NCBI GenBank assembly: GCA_021513695.1
Contig: CP084166.1
Span: 2,048,001-2,112,000 of the forward strand
Reading direction: 5' to 3'
Length of the DNA: 64,000 nt
From: Candidatus Heimdallarchaeum aukensis
GTDB lineage: Archaea > Asgardarchaeota > Heimdallarchaeia > Heimdallarchaeales > Heimdallarchaeaceae
Shown here: positions 56,672-64,000 of the stretch, one piece after another
Layout: each line of letters starts with the position of its first letter
How positions within the stretch are numbered: the first letter of the stretch is position 1
The notes under the pieces: model-generated
What the model saw: the letters and a program-made list of their open reading frames with translations, nothing else
Told to the model about the DNA's origin: nothing
Databases searched by the model: none
Made by a program: the position numbers and the translations under genes

Positions 56672-58393
56672 TTGATCGACTTGAAAGCAATTGCAATCGG
56701 ATTGAAAGTATTAGGTTTTATCTTAATATTTACCACGGCCTTTGTGCCTATCTACAAGATTTATTATGATGCTACTCCACTGAGTGAGCATGACAAGTAT
56801 ACACAAGATTCACTTTTAATTAGTATATTTGGTTCGAGAGTTGAATATAATACTATAGGATATGATTACAATAACAATATCACGAAGGTGTATACGGAGT
56901 TACAAATTCCTAGTAATATAGTCCTACTGTCTGCAGCGCTATGGTTTTTGTTATTCTTTAGTGTTCTCGCTGCTGCTTTAGGTCAAGTATTTCAGTCAGG
57001 AGGAGTGAAAAAGAGAGGTAATATGGCAGACATAATGGCTGCATTATTCCTGTTAGTCTCTTTGATTGTTCTCATAATTGCTATTAATCGGACTTTGAAC
57101 TTCACTGCGAGTGAATACAAAGCGGTATTGTCTGGACAGACTGCTACTCCTTCATCTGCAGTAACTTTCAATCCCAATGATAGTAATCCTTCTTATTTCT
57201 TAATTAGCTTACGTGGAAAAATGACCTTCATGTTTTATATTTATATTATTGGTGTTCTTCTCACTCTAACAGGTTTATTCTTACCTGTTGATTGGACAAA
57301 ACCAAGTGAGGGAACATTCAGTAAAAAATTCGCTAGTTCTAAACCCATTTCCTTTATTAAACAAATAGCTACAATGAGGTTGACCATCTATATTCTTCGC
57401 CGACTTCTTACACTCATCCCCTTGTTCATTGCCATTATGGTTATGACCTTTGTAATGGTTTCTGGGTTGGGAGACCCTGTCGCATTGTTACTCTTGGGTA
57501 AGATTAACGTTACCGAGGAAGACAAAATTAACCTTACTAGATCTCTTGGATTGGATCAACCTGTTTATGCTCGATTTGTTATTTGGTTCTATAACTTCCT
57601 TCATGGTAATATGGGTGAAAGTTATCGTGGTGGTCGTTCTATTAACACCATGATTGGTGAACTTGTTTGGGAAACACTAAAACTTCAGCTTGCTTCTTTT
57701 GTTTTAGCTTTACTCATAGCTATTCCTCTAGGTGTGGTCGCAGCTAAGAATCAGAATACTTGGATTGATTCAACTGCAAGCACTATCGCTCTTCTTGGTT
57801 TGTCCATGCCTATTTTCGTTTTTGGTTTAATGCTTATTTATATCTTCAGTGGATATGGTTTAGGCTGGCTACCAGCAGCTAAAGCACATTCCATTCCAAC
57901 TCCTGTTGTTGATTGGTCCGCACTCCGGGCAGGAGACTGGGGTACGTGGTGGTCCTCGCTGATGGCGCGTACGGGAGATTCAATAATTCACATGATCCTT
58001 CCAACTACTGCTTTGACCTTCGCTTCTCTTGCTACCTATACTCGTTTAGTCAGAACAACAATGTTAGAAGTTCTTCGCCAAGATTATATTTTAGCAGCTC
58101 GAGCTAATGGTCTTTCTGAACGAGTTATTACTTGGAAACATGCTTGGAGAAACGTTCTTATTCCTGTAGTTACTTATGTTGGTCTATTTTTAGCTTCGGC
58201 TTTAGCTGGTGCTCCTATTACAGAAACGCTTTTCACTTGGCCTGGTTTAGGTTATAGGTATGTTGTTGCTGTGGGTCTTTTGGATTTTCCGATGATTTTG
58301 GGTACAACTGCTATTCTTACTATTTTGATCCTTTTAGGAAATTTAGTTACTGATATTGTTTACGTCGCTGTTGACCCGAGAATTGAATTGTAG
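56672..58393 (+). CDS. Opp/Dpp-type ABC transporter permease (DppB-like) with ~234-aa N-terminal 4-TM extension
   Basis: The canonical permease begins at MRLTIYILRRLLTLIPLFIAIMV (ATG 57374). The same frame is open back to TTG 56672 and encodes extra TM helices. Confidence 0.8.
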   Translation: MIDLKAIAIGLKVLGFILIFTTAFVPIYKIYYDATPLSEHDKYTQDSLLISIFGSRVEYNTIGYDYNNNITKVYTELQIPSNIVLLSAALWFLLFFSVLAAALGQVFQSGGVKKRGNMADIMAALFLLVSLIVLIIAINRTLNFTASEYKAVLSGQTATPSSAVTFNPNDSNPSYFLISLRGKMTFMFYIYIIGVLLTLTGLFLPVDWTKPSEGTFSKKFASSKPISFIKQIATMRLTIYILRRLLTLIPLFIAIMVMTFVMVSGLGDPVALLLLGKINVTEEDKINLTRSLGLDQPVYARFVIWFYNFLHGNMGESYRGGRSINTMIGELVWETLKLQLASFVLALLIAIPLGVVAAKNQNTWIDSTASTIALLGLSMPIFVFGLMLIYIFSGYGLGWLPAAKAHSIPTPVVDWSALRAGDWGTWWSSLMARTGDSIIHMILPTTALTFASLATYTRLVRTTMLEVLRQDYILAARANGLSERVITWKHAWRNVLIPVVTYVGLFLASALAGAPITETLFTWPGLGYRYVVAVGLLDFPMILGTTAILTILILLGNLVTDIVYVAVDPRIEL

Positions 58394-58403
58394 GTGAAAA
58401 AAA

Positions 58404-59636
58404 ATGTTACGAGTGGCTCGTGAAAAAAGAAAAACAGTGTTTGAAAATAACGTTAAAGCTTATATGGAAGAGCATCGCCTTCCTCCATCAATGTCTTGGG
58501 TAGCAAAATTAGCTATTGCTTGGAGACATTATAGTGTTGATATAGCTGTACAGAGTTTGGCTATCTTTACTTTTCTCCTTATCTTTTTATCAATAACCTG
58601 GGATACTAGTTTTGCCCGGATTCTCATATGGTCTCTAATTGTTGCAGGAGTCTGGGGTGTAGTTAGATTTTCTATTCGTCTCTATAAACAAACTGCTATG
58701 CAAAAAGAACTTATTATTGCCAAAGATGGAACGTTAAGAGAACGTAGTCCTTCTAATTGGAGTCTTATCTGGAGACGATATAAGAAAAACAAGGTTTCTC
58801 TTTTGTCTGGAAGTGTGGTCGCAATCGTTACCTTAATTGCTATAATTTATCCTATTCTTTTACCCTTTAACCCTGTACAACAAGTTCCTCTATTTGATGC
58901 TTGGAATGGCGGTGGTTCAATCGCCCGACCTAATTTGAAGTATCCTGCTGGTACAGATATTCTCGGTAGAGATGAATTCTCAAGAGTACTTGCTGGTTCT
59001 GAGGTTTCTTTAACTGTTGGAGTATTTTCAACTGTCTTATCAGTTTTTATTGGTGTGTCCTTAGGAGCTATCGCTGGATATTATCGAGGTTGGTCAGAAG
59101 AAATTATTATGAGAATCACAGATATGTTCCTATCCCTACCTTTCTTAGTTATTGCTATTCTTGCTGTAGCCTTTATTAGGAGAGGAAGGATAGCTTTCTT
59201 GAAACAAATTCCTCAGTCTATGGTTATTATTCTTGTACTGGGAATATTTGGTTGGGGTGGACTGTGCAGGTTAGTAACTGCAAATACAAAGCAGATCTAT
59301 AGGTTAGATTATGTTAATGCTGCACGAGTATTAGGGGCCAGTAATCGTCGAATAATTCTATTGCATATTTTACCTAATATTTTAGCTCCTATAATTGTTA
59401 TAGCAACATTGTCTGTTGCAGGAGGAATATTGTCAGAAGCAGGATTGACTTTCCTAGGTTTGGGTAGTCCAACAACTATTTCGTGGGGACAAATGGTAAA
59501 TGAAGCCCAAACAGTTTTCAGATCCAATCCTGAACTCGCATTCATACCTGGTTTTGCAATATTTTTTGTTGTATTAGCTTTTAACTTACTAGGTGATGCC
59601 CTGAGGGACGCAATGGATCCAAGACTAAAGGAGTAA
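58404..59636 (+). CDS. Opp/Dpp-type ABC transporter permease (DppC-like) with ~115-aa N-terminal extension
   Basis: WRRYKKNKVSLLSG is the usual DppC start region. The EAA-like loop lies near VNAARVLGASNRRIILLHILPN. Confidence 0.85.
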   Translation: MLRVAREKRKTVFENNVKAYMEEHRLPPSMSWVAKLAIAWRHYSVDIAVQSLAIFTFLLIFLSITWDTSFARILIWSLIVAGVWGVVRFSIRLYKQTAMQKELIIAKDGTLRERSPSNWSLIWRRYKKNKVSLLSGSVVAIVTLIAIIYPILLPFNPVQQVPLFDAWNGGGSIARPNLKYPAGTDILGRDEFSRVLAGSEVSLTVGVFSTVLSVFIGVSLGAIAGYYRGWSEEIIMRITDMFLSLPFLVIAILAVAFIRRGRIAFLKQIPQSMVIILVLGIFGWGGLCRLVTANTKQIYRLDYVNAARVLGASNRRIILLHILPNILAPIIVIATLSVAGGILSEAGLTFLGLGSPTTISWGQMVNEAQTVFRSNPELAFIPGFAIFFVVLAFNLLGDALRDAMDPRLKE

Positions 59637-60694
59637 TGAGAATAATGAAGAAAATAGAACCTATACTAGATGTGAAAAATCTTTACACCCGCTTTTATAC
59701 AGAAAGTGGTGTAGTAGAAGCACTTGATGGTGTTAACTTTGATGTAGGTTACGGAGAACCTGTTGGAATTGTAGGTGAAAGCGGGTGCGGAAAAACTGTA
59801 ACAAGTCATAGTGTGCTAAGAATTTTACCTAAAAATGGACGAATACTACAACCTCCAAGTGAAATATACTATAAAGGAGTTAATCTCTTAGACTTAACAG
59901 ATGAACAGATGCGACATGTTAGAGGAAAAGAAGCTGCAATGATATTTCAAGATCCGATGACTAGTCTTAATCCCATTTTCAAAATAAGTGACCAGATGAT
60001 TGAAGTTATCCAGTTACACAGAAAGGTAAACAAAAATGAAGCAAGGGATATAGCTATTGAGATGATGGAAGCAGTAGGTATCCCTGATTCCGCGGAAAGA
60101 ATTGACAATTATCCTCATCAATTCAGTGGAGGAATGAGACAAAGAATTCTAATTGCTAGAGCATTGGCATTACAACCAAGTTTGTTAATTGCTGATGAGC
60201 CTACTACAGCATTAGATGTAACCATTCAAGCTCAAGTTCTTGAAATAATCAAAGAAATGCAAAAGCAATTTGGTTTAGCTCTGATGCTAATCACTCATAA
60301 TCTAGGTGTGGTAGCTGAAATAACAAAAAGAGTACATATATTCTACGGTGGAAGAGTAGTGGAATCAGGTCCAACAGAGGAAATATTCGTTAATCCTTTC
60401 CACCCATATACAAAAGCACTTTTTGATAGTATCCCCTCACTAGAACAAGATAAAACAAGATTAGCAACAATACCTGGAACAGTACCTCAACTTATTAACC
60501 CACCGCAAGGTTGTAGATTTCATCCAAGATGTAAATATGCAACAGAAATATGTCGAAGGGCTCGTCCTCCAGATATGTGGGTAACAGAAACAAGACGTGT
60601 ACAGTGTCACCACTGGGAAGAATTAGATCTTACAATCGATAAAGAAAAAGTGAAAGAAGTGAGAAAAACAGCTGTTTCCGTGGAAGGTGTGTAA
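59636..60694 (+). CDS. Opp/Dpp-type ABC transporter ATPase (OppD-like)
   Basis: Walker A GESGCGKT, signature FSGGMRQR, Walker B LLIADEPTTALD, and the C-terminal oligopeptide-type Cys motif. TAATG overlap with the upstream gene. Confidence 0.92.
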   Translation: MRIMKKIEPILDVKNLYTRFYTESGVVEALDGVNFDVGYGEPVGIVGESGCGKTVTSHSVLRILPKNGRILQPPSEIYYKGVNLLDLTDEQMRHVRGKEAAMIFQDPMTSLNPIFKISDQMIEVIQLHRKVNKNEARDIAIEMMEAVGIPDSAERIDNYPHQFSGGMRQRILIARALALQPSLLIADEPTTALDVTIQAQVLEIIKEMQKQFGLALMLITHNLGVVAEITKRVHIFYGGRVVESGPTEEIFVNPFHPYTKALFDSIPSLEQDKTRLATIPGTVPQLINPPQGCRFHPRCKYATEICRRARPPDMWVTETRRVQCHHWEELDLTIDKEKVKEVRKTAVSVEGV

Positions 60695-60696
60695 AA

Positions 60697-61749
60697 GTGG
60701 CAAGCATGAGATCATTTGAAGAATACGAAGTAATAGACACAGACTTGTTTTCAGCATGGGACCCAAATAAATTCCCTATTCTTGAAACAAAAAATTTGAA
60801 GAAATGGTTTCCAGTAGCTGAACAATCATTACTCTATTCAAAAACAGTAAACTTCATAAAAGCAGTAGATGGAGTAAATCTCTTTTTGAATAAAGGTGAA
60901 ACACTTGGACTAGTAGGAGAAAGTGGGTGTGGAAAGAGTACAACATCAAAAACAATAATTAAATTGGAAGAACCAACAGAAGGGTCTGTTTACTTTAAAG
61001 GAATAGATATGTTTCAACCAATGACAAGAGTTGAAGAGTTAGCAATAAAAAGACAGATACAAATGGTTTTCCAGGACCCATATGCAAGCCTAAACCCGAG
61101 AAGAATGGTTTTAGATATTATAAAAGAACCATTCGATATACATTTCGCTGATATGCCTTATGAAGAAAAAGAAGCAAGAGTACTGGAAATTCTAAGTAAA
61201 GTTGGTCTTGAAGATTATCATGCATTAAGATATCCACATGAATTCTCAGGAGGCCAAAGACAAAGAATAGGAATAGCAAGAGCTTTAGCTATGAATCCAG
61301 AAGTCATTCTGTTAGACGAACCAGTATCTGCATTAGATGTATCAGTTCAAGCTCAAATACTAAATCTATTACATGACTTGCAAATAGATTTCAAATTAAC
61401 ATATATGTTTATAGCACACGATCTAAGTGTAATTAAGCATGTATCAGATAGAGTAGCAGTGATGTATCTAGGAAAAATAATGGAAATGGCACCAACAGGA
61501 GAATTGTTCAGAAACACAGCTCATCCATATACAATAGCTTTATTGTCTGCTATACCGAGACCAGATCCAAGAATAAAAATGGATAGAATAATATTAGAAG
61601 GAGACCCACCAAGTCCAATTAATACTCCAAGCGGTTGTCCTTTTCATCCTCGTTGTTGGAAAGCTAAAGAAGTTTGTTCTCAAAAACAGCCTCCTTTGGA
61701 AGAAGTTAAACCTAATCATTATGTCAGTTGTTGGTTCCCTGAAATATAA
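60697..61749 (+). CDS. Opp/Dpp-type ABC transporter ATPase (OppF-like)
   Basis: Walker A GESGCGKST, signature FSGGQRQR and Walker B ILLDEPVSALD. Confidence 0.92.
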   Translation: MASMRSFEEYEVIDTDLFSAWDPNKFPILETKNLKKWFPVAEQSLLYSKTVNFIKAVDGVNLFLNKGETLGLVGESGCGKSTTSKTIIKLEEPTEGSVYFKGIDMFQPMTRVEELAIKRQIQMVFQDPYASLNPRRMVLDIIKEPFDIHFADMPYEEKEARVLEILSKVGLEDYHALRYPHEFSGGQRQRIGIARALAMNPEVILLDEPVSALDVSVQAQILNLLHDLQIDFKLTYMFIAHDLSVIKHVSDRVAVMYLGKIMEMAPTGELFRNTAHPYTIALLSAIPRPDPRIKMDRIILEGDPPSPINTPSGCPFHPRCWKAKEVCSQKQPPLEEVKPNHYVSCWFPEI

Positions 61750-61883
61750 AACTGCAGAGAAATTAATCATTTTTTCTTTTTTTAATTTTAAAATTCATTC
61801 TTTTTTTTAAAAAATGATCTGATATTATTTTATACTACCGCTAAAAATAAAAATGATAAGTATCAACTTATCATTGATAGATT

Positions 61884-62822
61884 GTGAATGACAAAGTACT
61901 AAAGGTAGGAAAAGAATCAGTACCCGTAACTATACTTGGGTTAGAAAATGCTGGAAAAACCACTCTAATTGAGAGGTTAAAAACAGGTTCTTTTGTAGAA
62001 GATACAACTCCTACATTAGGTGTAAGCTTTGAATCTTTTAAAGTAGGTGATACTTTATTCAAGATTTTTGATGTTGGGGGACAATTTGTTTATCGAAAAC
62101 AGTTTTGGGTAAATTACGCATCAAATAGCTATGGTATTATCTTTGTATTTGATGCCTCCGATAAAGAAAGAACAACAGAAGGAAAAGAGTGGTTCTGGTA
62201 TCTAATAGACAATATTGAAATTGAAGACCGAATAGTTGTAGCTTTTTTTGCTAATAAAGCCGATTTAGAATGCATGTCAATAGAAGAAATTATTGAAGCG
62301 CTTGAACTCCCAAGGATGAGTGAGCACTCAAAGATTAGTTTCCAAATATTTAAGACAAGTAATAAAACAGGCGAAGGAATAGACGCTGCATTAGATTGGT
62401 TTACAAACAAACTAAAACAAATAGGAAAAGAAAAAATAGTCCATCCAAAAGGTTTGATTATAAGTACAACACTAGGCAGAGTGCAGTTATTCTTAGATCT
62501 TGAAGGATTATCACAACAAATATCGCAAATCAGAGAATTATTAGCTCAAATATTTAAATATGAATCAGCTACGCTCAAAGAAGAAAAATTATCTACTATT
62601 TCAAACGAGAATATAAAACTCGTATGTCACGAAAGAAGTGACGTGATAATAACAATGATCATAAATCCAGAAGAATCTCATGTAGAAGCTCAAAGATATA
62701 TTGAGCAAGTGTATGAATACTTAGAAAAGAAAACAGCAAAAACGAAAGATGAGCTTATAAAAGGAATATTAAACTTACTAAATATTAAAGATGAAAGTAA
62801 AGTTAAGATAATTACAATGTAA
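61884..62822 (+). CDS. Arf/Rag-like small GTPase with C-terminal roadblock/longin-like domain
   Basis: G1 GLENAGKTT, G3 DVGGQ followed by the WxxY-like FWVNY, G4 NKAD, G5 TSNKTG. About 130 further residues have an alpha/beta pattern. GTG start. Confidence 0.8.
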   Translation: MNDKVLKVGKESVPVTILGLENAGKTTLIERLKTGSFVEDTTPTLGVSFESFKVGDTLFKIFDVGGQFVYRKQFWVNYASNSYGIIFVFDASDKERTTEGKEWFWYLIDNIEIEDRIVVAFFANKADLECMSIEEIIEALELPRMSEHSKISFQIFKTSNKTGEGIDAALDWFTNKLKQIGKEKIVHPKGLIISTTLGRVQLFLDLEGLSQQISQIRELLAQIFKYESATLKEEKLSTISNENIKLVCHERSDVIITMIINPEESHVEAQRYIEQVYEYLEKKTAKTKDELIKGILNLLNIKDESKVKIITM

Positions 62823-62910
62823 GAAACTTTTTTTCATTTTCAATTTTTTCTTTTTTATTAGACATCAAAATTATTCTATCTACCCTCACAGTAAATCTCT
62901 AAAAAATAAT

Positions 62911-62987
62911 TGGAGCCCCGGGGGGGACTTGAACCCCCGACCATTTGATTACAAGTCAAACGCTCTACCGAGCTAAGCCACCGAGGC
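62911..62987 (-). tRNA. tRNA-Thr(UGU), CCA encoded
   Basis: Acceptor GCCTCGG/CCGGGGC, anticodon arm TTTGA-CTTGTAA-TCAAA, T arm GGGGG-TTCAAGT-CCCCC, then TCCA. Confidence 0.88.
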
Positions 62988-63407
62988 CTTTTTATACATA
63001 TTGCTTTTTCTTTTGTTTTTTTGTTTTTCTTTTTCTTTGTGCTAAAAAATTTTTTTATTAGTTACAATTTTCTTTTCTCTTTTCTTCCTTTTTTACTAAT
63101 ATTTTTCTAATAATTATCTGGGTATTACATTTTCTTTTTAATCACTTTTTGCATTGTTTCCGACATAAAACTTCTTAGTTCATTTTTTAAATAAGTATTT
63201 GCGTTTAAGCCCCCTCCCCTTTGTTTCCAATGGAGTGTGCCGTTTTTTGTTATTTTGGCCGCTCTATCGCCTTTTTCTGAAAAATATTTAACCTTATTCT
63301 TTTTTTAATATATTTCCACTGAAACAATGAAAAGGTTTAATATTATATTAGGTTACTTTTTAAATAATAACATCTCAGTTAATATAGTGAAAGCAAAAAC
63401 AGGTGGT

Positions 63408-63722
63408 ATGATGACTACAATCGCACAAGCCCAAGAAAAATTACTTGAACTCATTCATAGTAGAAATAGTATAAAGCAGACTGACACCGTTCGTATCCCC
63501 AAGCTTCCCAGTAGGATAATTGGTGAAAGAATGCTAGATGCTTTTGCCAATCAAATCCAAAATGATGTTGAAGGTTTAGAATCAGATCCATATATTGAAG
63601 ATGAATTAGTTGAAAGTTTATTAAGCACTTTAGCTTTAGCAGGGCTTGTTGGTATTGATCTTGAATCAAAATTGGAAGAGATTCTATCTTTAATGGAAAT
63701 TGTAACAGCTGATAGTTCTTAA
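63408..63722 (+). CDS. small all-alpha protein, possibly MazG-like nucleotide pyrophosphohydrolase
   Basis: DELVESLLSTLALAGLVGIDLESKLEEIL resembles the MazG helix pair. The start is uncertain (track 63327, internal ATG 63408). Confidence 0.35.
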   Translation: MMTTIAQAQEKLLELIHSRNSIKQTDTVRIPKLPSRIIGERMLDAFANQIQNDVEGLESDPYIEDELVESLLSTLALAGLVGIDLESKLEEILSLMEIVTADSS

Positions 63723-64000
63723 ATAACAGTTGCTTGTTTTACTCTTTATATGCCTCTTTTATCTAATTTGTGCTTTTTATTAATACTAGGTACTTTTTTA
63801 TATACCTTCATTTGTGATTCTTTTGAAATGGGGTATTTTGTAACCTTTTCTTACTGATATCTAATTATATTCAATAATTAAAAATATAAACAACCTAAAA
63901 AAATTAAAACTAGAGTATCTAAGAGTGATTTATTCGATGTCTAAATTCAGGAAAAAATGTAATCGCTATTATAAATTTGGCGCTCCTACTATGGCTAAGA

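Noticed and set aside
63937-64000. Possible CDS start (MSKFRKKCNRYYKFGAPTMAK) running off the 3' window edge
   Set aside because: Only 21 codons are visible and there is no recognisable motif. That is not enough to support a feature.

Overview
AT-rich archaeal chromosomal segment. All calls come from reading the sequence and the ORF translations by hand; no searches or computations were run.

Archaeal identity rests on three conserved gene clusters (uL11-SecE-Spt5, LX-prefoldin alpha-FtsY, LSm-L37e), intron-bearing tRNAs and archaea-specific enzymes. These enzymes are form III RuBisCO with ribose-1,5-bisphosphate isomerase, AcnX-type phosphomevalonate dehydratase, DtdA, Nep1 and an EndoQ-like protein. 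An Arf/Rag-like small GTPase with a roadblock-like tail, a stand-alone roadblock protein and a PlsY homologue suggest an Asgard (Lokiarchaeia-like) genome. That taxonomic call is inference only.

I support about 55 protein genes and 8 tRNA genes. All 8 tRNAs encode CCA, 4 carry introns, and 2 of those carry T-loop introns. No rRNA genes or CRISPR arrays were seen.

Observations most worth a second look:
1. A 2.83 kb insertion at the 3' end of tRNA-Leu(UAG). It is bounded by perfect 39-bp direct repeats and carries one long orphan ORF with no recognisable integrase.
2. A giant ORF of more than 2,870 codons that is still open at the 5' window edge.
3. Kilobase-scale blocks of A-rich versus T-rich strand composition. 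They flip inside genes and also cover intergenic DNA.
4. GATAGT hexamer arrays at three sites. Two bracket an HTH gene and one abuts attR.
5. A pilin-like / jelly-roll / zincin metalloprotease gene split by a frameshift.
6. An Opp/Dpp-type ABC transporter with N-terminally extended permeases and no binding-protein gene.
7. An FdhA plus NuoE/NuoF-like formate dehydrogenase module.
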